From a virus (taxonomy: Duplodnaviria > Caudoviricetes): DNA of 46,406 nt. The position numbers and the translations under genes are program-made. The stretch spans positions 1 through 46,406 of IMG/VR virus record IMGVR_UViG_3300037424_000116; one strand, written 5' to 3'. The notes below the pieces were generated by a model that was not told the origin of the DNA, ran no database searches, and saw only the letters and a program-made list of their open reading frames with translations. Positions 9,021-18,741 of the stretch are shown here, piece after piece (positions within the stretch are counted from its first letter, which is position 1; each line of letters starts with the position of its first letter).

Positions 9021-11853
9021 CGACGTATCCTGTCTTATAGGTTGGATTCGGGAACTTTACATCAATCGTAGCACTACCAATTCCGGTATATATGGTATCA
9101 CTTCGCTTATTTGGAACTAACGTATAAATTCCCGACAAATCCTCAACTGCTAATAGTGGAGCTTCACCATTGAAGTTCATTCCACCATCACCAGTGATAA
9201 TTGGAAGATTACCAGGAACATATGGAGGCTCACTCCAAACACCGGGAGTTACAGTGGAGGGAGGAGTCCATACTCCATTGTTCCATCCTGCCGAATCTCC
9301 CATTATTACGAATACATCATAGATTGCACCAAGACCATTAAGAGTATTTCCTACAACAATCTGGTCAACTCCTCCACCAACTATTGAAGTTACACCTATT
9401 GCAAGAGTCTGAGCATTTGAACTATCATTACCAGCATGAGAGGGGTCACGAAACCATGCTGCCGTTGTAGCTCTAGTAACTACTAATGCAAATAGGGGGA
9501 ATCTACCCGAAGCAAAAGGAAGAGGAATTATTCTAACTCCTAATCCATCTCCTACATATCCAGTAAGCTGGACCATGAGGTATCCACTAGGGTCAATCAT
9601 TCTCCATGCACTATAGATTTGCTGTGATGCGATATTTATAATGTTATCTGCTAATACGTTAATTGACCCTAACGCAAAATTTCCCCAATTTGCATAAGCT
9701 GAACCTGCTAAATTAGCACCAGTATCTCCAGCTTGGCCTGGACCCTTATACTTCATTATAGCAGTCGTAATACCATTCAATAAATAATCAGGAACAGTAA
9801 AAGCTGCTTGTGGAGTAAAATCAGTTAAATAAAGAGGAACGACCTCTGAAGCATGAGAAAAGGGAACATTAAATGTTCCGGTAGCATTAAATCTCATTCC
9901 AGGGTCACAGAATGCAATATATTGATAAGTAACTCCATTCGCATTGTTCTCAGCATTTGTGCCTGTAACTGTAAATTTATATTGTCCAGTATTATCTACC
10001 CAAATTCTAACTAAAAGATTGGGAAGAGACTGTTGTCTCAAACCATTATGAGTATCTACATGAGGCCCAAGGTATTTAATACCTAATGAACCTCCAGTTA
10101 GAGCACGAATCCAAATAAATCCTGTTGGACCGGGTAAATTGATATCCTTAGTAGTTCCGTTTCCTACATAGGTTCCCCCAATAGCATATACATCAGCAGA
10201 AAGAGGTCCAAGTTGAGGATACCCCCACAGGGAATTTGCAAATCTAGCATTATGAAGATTACCTATATTAGAAAAATTAGGAAAAGTAGGGTCATCTTCT
10301 ACTCCCCAAGCACCAACATATTCAACTAATGCTCCTAGCGCATATAGGGTAGTAAGAACTGCATTGTTAGCTTTTTCAAATAATACACTAAAAGGAGCAG
10401 CAACAGCAGGTAAAGTTAATCCAGAAGGATTATAGTAGTTATATCTCCACCCCGGAACAGTAGAAGGAGTTACGTTAGCCCAAACAGTAGCTCCCCCAGC
10501 AAGTTTATATCCAATTCTACAGGCAACTGCTCCAGATGCAATTTTACACATACATCCAGAAGCGATAGATGCTATGCCTAGAGGTGTTCCAGAAGAATAT
10601 GCTACGGATTCATCTAAATCTGTCAATCCCTCAACTGTATCTAAAGCAGTTGCAGAAGTAGGAGTTGCACCTAAAGAATTTTCAGGGTCATTAAATTGGT
10701 TTGCAAATCCAATATCTCCAGTAAAAGTTCCCATATTCCCTGAAAGTATGTTACTTGCTCGGATATGAGTTCCAAGTAGCCAGTCAATACTATCAAGAGA
10801 TTCTACTCCTCCATTATTAGGAACATCCGCACACATCCAATCACCGATATCAAGGATAATATCAGCATCACCCGCACTTAAATCGCCAACTTCAGTAAAA
10901 GTATGAGTAGATAGAAAATCAATACCAGTTCCACTATCATTAGTTCCATCTATTGCAAGAACATGATTAATATAAACTCTAAGTCTTCCAATATCTACTG
11001 CGAGAGTTGGTAGAGTCAGTAGAGTATCCAAAAGATACCACTTATTTAAGATTAAAGCTGGAGTAGTTCCGAGAATTGTAGCTACACCAGTTCCCGCAAT
11101 ACTTTCAACAATAAGTTCTCCAGCAGGAGTAACACTTAATGACCCTCCGTTGAGAGCATTAATAGTAGTGTGAAATCTCCAAAATCTAAAATCAGCAGCA
11201 GGAGTAGCTTTAATACGAATATAAAGACGTTCCCATGAAGTCTTAGGAGTAAGTCCCGGTCTATAGGTATCTACACTTCTAGTCATACCCCCAAAGGCAG
11301 CCTGATTTGCTCCTACAATACTTAATCCCAGTCCATCCATTGTTCGGGATGAAGCTCTACCCCCTGAAGCAGTAAATCCTGTTCCTAATTCATGGTCAGT
11401 ATTGAGATGTCCAAATCCAGTAATCCACCTACGCTGTGGCATAGGAGTAATAGGAGGAGCACCAGCTACTTCATTTGGAGAGTAGGTAATATTACCCCAC
11501 CAAACCAGATTCATATCCTCCCCTGGAGTTATAAGACCAGAAGGAGGAACTGCACCCTGACCCGGAACAATTACGCTATCTAAGTCACTCTTTAGAAATG
11601 CAGATGAAGCATTAGGATGCTGAATTTCAATACCTGGACCTGGAGAAGCTGGAATACCATAAGGCATTGTTCCGTAAATACCTTTAGTTCCAGTAAGAGG
11701 TCCACCCCCTACTAAGGGCCAAGCGATTCCAAATTCAGTAGCAGCAGCTAACGGACAATGCCCATAACCGTTACCTCCGGCTGTAACCACAGCAGCATTA
11801 TATTCTGCTAGGTCAGCGAACCAGATTATGTAATTAACATAGGCAGTATACAT
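9013..11853 (-). CDS. Large tail-associated/receptor-binding protein, 946 aa
   Basis: Beta-rich, lectin-like N-half; repeated GTYVGNG / GYVGDG motifs in C-half. Confidence 0.6.
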   Translation of the reverse strand: MYTAYVNYIIWFADLAEYNAAVVTAGGNGYGHCPLAAATEFGIAWPLVGGGPLTGTKGIYGTMPYGIPASPGPGIEIQHPNASSAFLKSDLDSVIVPGQGAVPPSGLITPGEDMNLVWWGNITYSPNEVAGAPPITPMPQRRWITGFGHLNTDHELGTGFTASGGRASSRTMDGLGLSIVGANQAAFGGMTRSVDTYRPGLTPKTSWERLYIRIKATPAADFRFWRFHTTINALNGGSLSVTPAGELIVESIAGTGVATILGTTPALILNKWYLLDTLLTLPTLAVDIGRLRVYINHVLAIDGTNDSGTGIDFLSTHTFTEVGDLSAGDADIILDIGDWMCADVPNNGGVESLDSIDWLLGTHIRASNILSGNMGTFTGDIGFANQFNDPENSLGATPTSATALDTVEGLTDLDESVAYSSGTPLGIASIASGCMCKIASGAVACRIGYKLAGGATVWANVTPSTVPGWRYNYYNPSGLTLPAVAAPFSVLFEKANNAVLTTLYALGALVEYVGAWGVEDDPTFPNFSNIGNLHNARFANSLWGYPQLGPLSADVYAIGGTYVGNGTTKDINLPGPTGFIWIRALTGGSLGIKYLGPHVDTHNGLRQQSLPNLLVRIWVDNTGQYKFTVTGTNAENNANGVTYQYIAFCDPGMRFNATGTFNVPFSHASEVVPLYLTDFTPQAAFTVPDYLLNGITTAIMKYKGPGQAGDTGANLAGSAYANWGNFALGSINVLADNIINIASQQIYSAWRMIDPSGYLMVQLTGYVGDGLGVRIIPLPFASGRFPLFALVVTRATTAAWFRDPSHAGNDSSNAQTLAIGVTSIVGGGVDQIVVGNTLNGLGAIYDVFVIMGDSAGWNNGVWTPPSTVTPGVWSEPPYVPGNLPIITGDGGMNFNGEAPLLAVEDLSGIYTLVPNKRSDTIYTGIGSATIDVKFPNPTYKTGYVGG

Positions 11854-12260
11854 TAGAATACGCTGCTTCCTGTAAATTTAGGAGTAACTTCAACCAAGCT
11901 ACCAACAATAGGAGTAAAGGGAACAGCAGCGGGCGGAAATCTCTCAGCCCACATCAACAAACCATCGGAATCTCGTGTAATGAAATATCCATAGATTGTT
12001 CCCGGAGCATTGATAGCTCCAGTAAATGTCCATGATTGCTTAGGATATAATCCATATGACGGAGCATTAGCTGTAAATGACCAATTTGCAAATACAATAG
12101 GCTTATTGGCATATCCGCCACCTGCAATCTCGTTGAAATCACCAGCTACACTTAATGGACCAGGAGTAGCATTATTCCCAAACAACCTGATTGTCATATT
12201 CAGGTTGAGAATTAACTGTAAGAATCGAACTTCCGCTGCATCGGGAACTACAAGTGACAT
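11853..12260 (-). CDS. Small tail/fiber-associated structural protein
   Basis: IRLF.N..TP, EIAGGGYA, GTIYGYFI..LLMWAERF pattern seen in phage tail genes; coupled to neighbours. Confidence 0.6.
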   Translation of the reverse strand: MSLVVPDAAEVRFLQLILNLNMTIRLFGNNATPGPLSVAGDFNEIAGGGYANKPIVFANWSFTANAPSYGLYPKQSWTFTGAINAPGTIYGYFITRDSDGLLMWAERFPPAAVPFTPIVGSLVEVTPKFTGSSVF

Positions 12261-12262
12261 GG

Positions 12263-13780
12263 TTACACCTGGTCACATCCAAAGATGAGTTCACTTACAT
12301 TAACAAGGGCCAGAGTGTTTACATAGATAGGATTCACGTCCGTAAGCTTGAAAGTCCACGGACACCAACGAATGCTCTTAGGGTCGAATCCATTAGCATA
12401 GTTACCAAACATTACTGTTCGGTCAGTCATTACGATGTATAGTAACTGATTGACTGAATCATTCACCATCTGAATGATACGATTCTTAGTTTTGAATTCC
12501 TGAGCAAGCCAAGTGGTTTGAATCTTCCATGACAATTCAGGAAGAATATATCGGCCATTAAACAGTGTAACACCCTTGTAAGCCGATACAATTAAATAGT
12601 CAATATTCGATGACCCTGCATCTACTACTGTTGCAATACCATGAACTCCACAGCCCATAGCATTATCAACACCAGAATAGGGCCAGAAAGCCGGTTCCTG
12701 ACCATTATCTACGAATGAACCCGTCTTATTGCGCTTAAAGAAATAAAGAACATCTCTCATCTCTGCCGCATTGGTAATTGGATTACCATCGGGCGGCATC
12801 AATAATACTCCATCAATCTGATTGATAGCTTCGGGTTCGCCTACTGCACTCGCATATCCAAGTGATACGTTATTATAATCACAATAAGTCACAAGCCGAT
12901 TATGATAAATGCAAAGTCCTACTCCCGCAGGGATATCCGCGAAGTTATCAAGAAGATGCGAAGCATCAAGTAACAAGTCTTGGTCGTAAAAGGAAATATT
13001 ATTTAGAACTGTGCCCGTGTTATTAGGAATTGTCGCCCCAGGAATGAAAAATAGTTGATAACCCTCTACGTCACCATTGTAAGTCTGAATAACTTTGGAA
13101 GCTACTAGATGTCTCTTAGTTACGGCAGGATTAGCAGATGCCGCTACACCAGTAAAATCGACTTCAAGATTACCCACCGTAGTATGTGCAACTAATCCTC
13201 CGGGGGCGGAAAGATAACCCGTATCCGTCTCAAAGACATAGCCAAAGATATGCACACCAGCATCAGTATGGCCAGCAGCCCCATTAACGGGGACAATAGC
13301 AGTAGTAGGACCAGCACCAGCAGCCTTGCGCGCAGCGGTTCCATCTCCCTTATAGACATAGAGGAACTCACTTTGAAGTCCTCTTTCACGATTCAATGTT
13401 CCTACTAATTCAGTAGTAAATGGGGTGATGTATGCTCTACCCGCATATGGCACAAATCCAAAATCAGTCATTGTGGCAATAGTAAGGATAGGTCCAAATA
13501 CGTTAAGGGCATCTACAACGTGATAAATCTTACCCCCAGTAGTCAATACTAAGAGAGTCTGCTTATCGGATGTAGGATAGTTATATATTCTCAGAATGTT
13601 CTGAGTAGGAGTAGCAAGTTGCTGATGCAACCCAATACCATCCCTTGAACCAAATCCAGTATCTCCAATGAACTTTAGATTCACACAGTCAGAAAAATGG
13701 TCCATCGGGGTATCTTCTGCATCACCCCGATTGTATAGACCATTAAACTCGTCAAATCTAATAGGTTCATGCTCTCTCAT
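12263..13780 (-). CDS. Tail nozzle/hub protein (P22 gp10 / T7 gp12-like beta-propeller)
   Basis: FNGLY..D, N..F...G..SRDG N-terminus; YHNRL, S..GEPE, LYFFK, MGC propeller motifs; follows the adaptor gene. Confidence 0.65.
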   Translation of the reverse strand: MREHEPIRFDEFNGLYNRGDAEDTPMDHFSDCVNLKFIGDTGFGSRDGIGLHQQLATPTQNILRIYNYPTSDKQTLLVLTTGGKIYHVVDALNVFGPILTIATMTDFGFVPYAGRAYITPFTTELVGTLNRERGLQSEFLYVYKGDGTAARKAAGAGPTTAIVPVNGAAGHTDAGVHIFGYVFETDTGYLSAPGGLVAHTTVGNLEVDFTGVAASANPAVTKRHLVASKVIQTYNGDVEGYQLFFIPGATIPNNTGTVLNNISFYDQDLLLDASHLLDNFADIPAGVGLCIYHNRLVTYCDYNNVSLGYASAVGEPEAINQIDGVLLMPPDGNPITNAAEMRDVLYFFKRNKTGSFVDNGQEPAFWPYSGVDNAMGCGVHGIATVVDAGSSNIDYLIVSAYKGVTLFNGRYILPELSWKIQTTWLAQEFKTKNRIIQMVNDSVNQLLYIVMTDRTVMFGNYANGFDPKSIRWCPWTFKLTDVNPIYVNTLALVNVSELIFGCDQV

Positions 13781-14481
13781 GTCATAAACCCACGCTTCTT
13801 ATAAGAGGCTCTAAATGGCCTTCTCCTAGTAGGAATAGACTGCTTACCCTTAACACCAATACCAGTAGCTCTATCTAATCCCATTACCGCATAGGCATTA
13901 AGAGCGTTTGCATTAGTCTGATTACGCTCAATAAACTCCGCGCACAGAGCAGCCGCACGATATTCCAAGAAAGTTGCACCATTAATACAGTTAATGAGAG
14001 AATTCTCATCCACCAAAGGGGTGAACAAATCCTTAATATAATCAATCTTAATATCATTATTACGATTGCTAGGAAGAAACTTAATAGTATTATTTTCCCA
14101 AACGAAGAAACTGAACTGACTTGTTGGGGTTCCCTCAAGACTATGGGGAATATAATCCCTTCTCGACATAGGAATAAAGGGGTCAATATTCTGCTCTCTT
14201 TCCCACAGCTGTTGAGGCTCAATCATATCGTCAGGTAGTTCTGGCAGAGCAGGTCCGACATTATATGCTATTTGAGTCTGCCCTGCCAGAATATTAATGA
14301 CCGCCGAAGAAAGCTGAGTAGCCTGAATGTTATTCAGTTCAAAATGTTCCTGTAGTTCCTGTAGAGCTACCTGGAGATACGGAAGGACAGCCGCATAAGT
14401 GTAGACAGTCCTCGCTGTATCATTCAGCAGAGAAGCTGCTTTAGCTAGGACCGTCGATGCCACGAGGTCTACGGTTGCCAT
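13777..14481 (-). CDS. Head-tail adaptor (T7 gp11 / P22 gp4-like)
   Basis: A..LLND, ALQEL, LP.D, FLEYRAAALCA pattern; precedes the nozzle gene. Confidence 0.6.
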   Translation of the reverse strand: MATVDLVASTVLAKAASLLNDTARTVYTYAAVLPYLQVALQELQEHFELNNIQATQLSSAVINILAGQTQIAYNVGPALPELPDDMIEPQQLWEREQNIDPFIPMSRRDYIPHSLEGTPTSQFSFFVWENNTIKFLPSNRNNDIKIDYIKDLFTPLVDENSLINCINGATFLEYRAAALCAEFIERNQTNANALNAYAVMGLDRATGIGVKGKQSIPTRRRPFRASYKKRGFMT

Positions 14482-14485
14482 GTTT

Positions 14486-14653
14486 TTACCAGAAAAAATG
14501 TCCCATTAACACACCAAATGCGAATGGGAGGATTGGATGCTTTGCAAACTTCCAAACTATCTCGCTGATTGTATCCCCAGGTGTATGATTCCAAGCAGAC
14601 CAAAATTCATACACAAACAACATCACAACAGCGAGGATTAGAATCCACTTCAT
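14486..14653 (-). CDS. 55-aa two-TM membrane protein (not in ORF track)
   Basis: MKWILILAVVMLFVYEFWSAWNHTPGDTISEIVWKFAKHPILPFAFGVLMGHFFW; start overlaps upstream stop. Confidence 0.7.
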   Translation of the reverse strand: MKWILILAVVMLFVYEFWSAWNHTPGDTISEIVWKFAKHPILPFAFGVLMGHFFW

Positions 14654-14829
14654 TATAGTATATTGGGAATATGCTTCCCAAACCTATGAATTAAGTAAAG
14701 AAGCACCGCAACAAACGCAATAATCTGAATCCCCACTTTGAAGGGTTCAGTCATAGGAACCTTGGTAACAATAAGCCATACCAAGAAACCTACTAAAGCG
14801 AGTCCTAGAACGAGAAGAACTAGGTCCAT
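14653..14829 (-). CDS. 58-aa two-TM membrane protein (not in ORF track), holin-like candidate
   Basis: MDLVLLVLGLALVGFLVWLIVTKVPMTEPFKVGIQIIAFVAVLLYLIHRFGKHIPNIL; GAGG RBS. Confidence 0.7.
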   Translation of the reverse strand: MDLVLLVLGLALVGFLVWLIVTKVPMTEPFKVGIQIIAFVAVLLYLIHRFGKHIPNIL

Positions 14830-14838
14830 GTAACCTCT

Positions 14839-15531
14839 TTACTGGGCAAATGTAAGGCCCAACTCCTTAGCTTTTGCGGGGTCATTAATAGCCTTGCAAG
14901 TAGGACAAACTGGAAACATAGGATTGAGTAGTCCACCACAAGCCTTGCAGCGAACAGTATCAATCATTCTAAAGTCCTTCATCCAATCCTTCTGCTGATT
15001 CATCTCTCTAGCTGCAACTCGCATACTATCACTGATTGCGAGAGGATTACCCTGTGAACGTGCCCATAGAGAATCAGCCAGTTTAATCAAAGCTGAATAC
15101 CAGTTCCTCTGTCTTGCCAAAGCAGCGTCCAATTCTTTCTTATAGTTCTTCTGGACACTCTCTAGGTTATGTTCACCAGGAACATAGAACAATCCTGGCA
15201 TAGCACTAGACATATCACAGCCAAGAATACCGTTGCAGTAATCCTTAATGATAGAATCAGCAACCTGAATACTTGAAACTGGAATTTCAAGTAGTGGTTG
15301 GTCCTCATCAATCTCTCTCCACCAGGACGAAGGGCCAAAAACTACGATTGAAGGCTTATCGTAGCTTCCAGGAGGAATAATAAACTCTCCAGGCTGAAGT
15401 GTTGGCTTAGTTTCAACAACTTCAAATGGATAAATACTTACAACGGTAGTTTTATCCATCGGATTCACTGGACCACGAATAGTTCGACGCCGAAACGCTG
15501 CCTGACCTGGAAATTCGCCTACAACTGACAT
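14839..15531 (-). CDS. Hypothetical protein with C-terminal zinc ribbon
   Basis: CKAC-x10-CPTC; 230-aa ORF in operon. Confidence 0.7.
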   Translation of the reverse strand: MSVVGEFPGQAAFRRRTIRGPVNPMDKTTVVSIYPFEVVETKPTLQPGEFIIPPGSYDKPSIVVFGPSSWWREIDEDQPLLEIPVSSIQVADSIIKDYCNGILGCDMSSAMPGLFYVPGEHNLESVQKNYKKELDAALARQRNWYSALIKLADSLWARSQGNPLAISDSMRVAAREMNQQKDWMKDFRMIDTVRCKACGGLLNPMFPVCPTCKAINDPAKAKELGLTFAQ

Positions 15532-15533
15532 GA

Positions 15534-16097
15534 TTAGCTCTCTTTCTGTGTGGTTTCATACGATTGAGGCACCACAATAGCCTCTCCTGTTATAGTTCGT
15601 CCGAGAATATTCGACTCATCACCAAATAACTCCTCTTCAAGTTTCTTAACACGCTCTCTTTTAGCTTCTTCAGGAAATTCAGCAGCTTCATCCACATATT
15701 TTGCCAAACTCTGCTTGCCCATAGCAGCATACAGAGTGTCGATTACGAATTTAGAGGCCCAAAGTGTAGGAGGAACATACTCCTCATTCTTACCTTTGAA
15801 CACCCAGAGAGGTTCATATGATAATTTAATGCCTGCAAGCTCTCTAAGATTAGCATCGGGAACAACTACGAGTCTTTCAAGAACAAATCTCTCTTTAATC
15901 CACTGGTTATACTTGGGTAATTCCCTCATTACAGGATGAGGAAGCTCTAATCCAGAATCAGTTCTATCAGTAAGTCTTTTTTCAAACTGGTCCTCTGACC
16001 ATACAACCCTGAACATGGGTTGACCAGTTGCAGTATCTAGGCCAAAGAGGTCTATTAACTGCTGATTGATAGATTCAATAGGTTCTGCTAATTCCAT
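15534..16097 (-). CDS. Hypothetical protein, 187 aa
   Basis: ORF in operon orientation with 2-bp gap to next gene. Confidence 0.7.
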   Translation of the reverse strand: MELAEPIESINQQLIDLFGLDTATGQPMFRVVWSEDQFEKRLTDRTDSGLELPHPVMRELPKYNQWIKERFVLERLVVVPDANLRELAGIKLSYEPLWVFKGKNEEYVPPTLWASKFVIDTLYAAMGKQSLAKYVDEAAEFPEEAKRERVKKLEEELFGDESNILGRTITGEAIVVPQSYETTQKES

Positions 16098-16103
16098 ATT
16101 ATC

Positions 16104-16147
16104 TGGGGAGGGATACTAGTTGGAGCCTAACTAATACCCCTCCCCCC
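16104..16147 (-). terminator. Stem-loop after capsid/decoration genes (attenuator or processing hairpin)
   Basis: GGGGAGGG..TAGTT / AACTA..CCCTCCCC imperfect inverted repeat; lacks a clear U-tract. Confidence 0.4.
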
Positions 16148-16160
16148 TCGCCATGCAGAC

Positions 16161-17063
16161 CTACGCCGGAACGACTACCTTCGGGTCAACAACAGTTGCC
16201 ACGAAATTCCGCCAAATATCAGCAGCCTGAGATTTCTTAAACCCAAGCGCGATAGTGGTATCAACATCGGCAACATAGTTATTAAGAACCATACAACCGG
16301 CTGCACCACCATCCAGATTAATTCTCCATCCCCCTTCCGTAGCAAACAATCCCTGGAAAACATTGTTTTCAATCAGGTCATTGGTGCCCGGAATCATAAT
16401 GTCATTCAGGGTTCCCCGACGGAACCTATTACCAACAATGTGACGATACTGACCAATAGCAAATCCACCATCAGTAACGTATCCAATGCCAGTCCCAAGT
16501 CCCATGAAATCATTATTCTCAATCAGTCCATAGCTGCACTCTCCAACAGCGATGCCAATACCAGCAGCACCACCAGTAGAGAAGAAGCAACCAGAAACTA
16601 CGAAATGAGAAGCATCAGGAATAGTTACAGATTCCTGACGACGGAACCAGAGACAGGGTGCGCCAGCAACAGGGGCCATCTGAATATTACGAATAGACCA
16701 TCCCTGCTCAATAATTGAGAGTAGCGGTGTCAATGCTACAGGTGTAGTAGGTGCCAACCATGAAGCACCACCACCTGTAGGAACACCACCACTAGTAGCC
16801 TGTCGAGGCTTATTGGCTGCACCTAGAATAGTAACATCCAATACACCAACAGGAGTCTGAACCTGTTCTCGCAAAACTCCGGAGAGATAAATCAAATCTC
16901 TACTACGGAGATTAGGTGAGAGGTCTGCGAAAGTCTCAAAACTTCCTCGTGGTCCTCCTCCCTGTGGAAAAAGATACCAAACCTTGTTAATTACACCATA
17001 GTCCTGCAAAATAGCACGGCGATTCTCCTCCCGGAGAGTTCGCCAGAAACCATCGTAACCCAT
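16161..17063 (-). CDS. Right-handed beta-helix protein (head fiber/spike candidate)
   Basis: Repeated IENNDF, IVGNRF, IENNVF, VLNNY motifs. Confidence 0.7.
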   Translation of the reverse strand: MGYDGFWRTLREENRRAILQDYGVINKVWYLFPQGGGPRGSFETFADLSPNLRSRDLIYLSGVLREQVQTPVGVLDVTILGAANKPRQATSGGVPTGGGASWLAPTTPVALTPLLSIIEQGWSIRNIQMAPVAGAPCLWFRRQESVTIPDASHFVVSGCFFSTGGAAGIGIAVGECSYGLIENNDFMGLGTGIGYVTDGGFAIGQYRHIVGNRFRRGTLNDIMIPGTNDLIENNVFQGLFATEGGWRINLDGGAAGCMVLNNYVADVDTTIALGFKKSQAADIWRNFVATVVDPKVVVPA

Positions 17064-17140
17064 ATCTTTTCTCCAGTCCTAATGACCAGCGTTAAACGCC
17101 AGAGAAGCGCGTGGTGAAGTATGCGCGCCCCACTATTTGT

Positions 17141-17449
17141 TTACGCCACAGTGACAGGGAAGTAATTCGCTGAAACTGGGTCGTAAATCAGCAACATCGG
17201 TCGGAGTGCAACGGAAGCAACTACCGCCGAAATGTTACCTGTATTGGTGACACCTGTTGCATCAGCAAACATCAATGCAAGCATATGGCAACCAGTAACA
17301 GGGGGTGTGATTGTCGCTACAGCCGGTCCTGCACTCAATACAGTGAGGAACGTAGTAGGAGCAATCGTAGCGGCAGCAGCCATACGAGTAGGAGTTGGCT
17401 GCTTATCGCTCTGGACTGTGCTAAAATCCTGGAAATTAAGGTCAGACAT
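17141..17449 (-). CDS. Putative capsid decoration protein
   Basis: 102 aa, Ala/Thr/Val-rich, right after the major capsid gene; AGGAG RBS. Confidence 0.55.
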   Translation of the reverse strand: MSDLNFQDFSTVQSDKQPTPTRMAAAATIAPTTFLTVLSAGPAVATITPPVTGCHMLALMFADATGVTNTGNISAVVASVALRPMLLIYDPVSANYFPVTVA

Positions 17450-17476
17450 TGTTTTCTCCTTTTACCTTAATTCCAG

Positions 17477-18727
17477 TTAATAACCAGTGGGAACTGCCAA
17501 AGCATCAATATAGGCACAGGCAGCAGGATTCGTAACGAACGTCTGCATACCCACAACCATATAGAAGATTTCGGCAGTAGCCACACCACCAGAAGGACCA
17601 CGGATTTCAAAGATTCTACGGCCATCAGTCTTATAGAAACCAATGGGAAGAATCTCACCGCGACCCCACACTTCATCGACAATAAAGTCGATGCGCTTCT
17701 TATCCCAGTTGAAAGAATCACGCAGACTAGCACCAGCCATCTGCATACCATCACCGAAATACATATTCAGTGATTCTTCCTTGGGCATCTTGTGGATGAT
17801 AGAAACAAGCTGTCCGATTTCCTCGTAAGCCTGCTTCTGGCAAGGATGCAACCATGCTGTAGGCTTAAATGTATTGTCGATTCCAACACGATTGCCAATC
17901 TTATTCATCGCAAGACGCGGCAACGGAAGGGTCAACGCAGCGTTCAAACCATTAACACGGTTCGCCCTGATTTCAGGCGTAGCACTACGGCTAAAGCCAA
18001 GCCATGTTCCAGTGGAAGCATTGGAATGATGGTAAGGCACACCATAGAGCGCGGGGAGAGAAGTAGGAGTGGAGATACCATTCGTAACCAACTTATCAGT
18101 GGCAATAGCACCAACGATAGCAGGAGTTACGTCAATGCTCTTATTCTCAACATCCCACTTGGTAATAACACCACTACCACGCAGAACACCAAGAGCAGCA
18201 TTAAACACCTGAACAGTCTGACCAAAACGCACCAAACGTGCGCCAAAGCCATCAGTTCCAAGTGTATAGGTATCCACACCACCAGCAGTAGCAACGGCGC
18301 TGATAACACCGACAACGCCATCACCAGCCTGCATCATCTGAGCGTCCAACTGTCGGCGCAACTCATCCAATGCAGAAGCCGTAAGTCTGCGAACTCCATT
18401 AGTCACAGCCTTACGTTCATCGTCAGTGGCCCACTCTGTCAGCTTCGTGTATTCAATATTCTCACTAACGAATACACTAGTCAGAACAGCCCTATCAAAA
18501 GTAGGACCACCACCACGTCCCAAGTCTCCACCATCAGCATTGAAATACTGAAAGCTTCCACCAGGACGGAGTTCCAACGGAACACGCATCTGCCTGTTAG
18601 AGATTTTTTCTACGTCACGCTTCTTGATGTTGGCGTAGAATTTATCATCTCGCTCAAACAGAACGCGAATCTTTGGAATGACACGTTCCAATTCGAGTCC
18701 TGCTACTTGTGCTTCAACAACAGCCAC
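17477..18727 (-). CDS. Major capsid protein
   Basis: 416 aa after portal-scaffold; AGGAG RBS before GTG; strong codon bias; C-terminal NPAACAYIDAL typical of HK97-fold capsid proteins. Confidence 0.85.
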   Translation of the reverse strand: MAVVEAQVAGLELERVIPKIRVLFERDDKFYANIKKRDVEKISNRQMRVPLELRPGGSFQYFNADGGDLGRGGGPTFDRAVLTSVFVSENIEYTKLTEWATDDERKAVTNGVRRLTASALDELRRQLDAQMMQAGDGVVGVISAVATAGGVDTYTLGTDGFGARLVRFGQTVQVFNAALGVLRGSGVITKWDVENKSIDVTPAIVGAIATDKLVTNGISTPTSLPALYGVPYHHSNASTGTWLGFSRSATPEIRANRVNGLNAALTLPLPRLAMNKIGNRVGIDNTFKPTAWLHPCQKQAYEEIGQLVSIIHKMPKEESLNMYFGDGMQMAGASLRDSFNWDKKRIDFIVDEVWGRGEILPIGFYKTDGRRIFEIRGPSGGVATAEIFYMVVGMQTFVTNPAACAYIDALAVPTGY

Positions 18728-18741
18728 GATTTTCTCCTATA

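Noticed and set aside
14493-14530. AAAAAATGTCCCATT...AATGGGA resembling the repeated element
   Set aside because: Lies inside a coding region and lacks the YGGTCG flank
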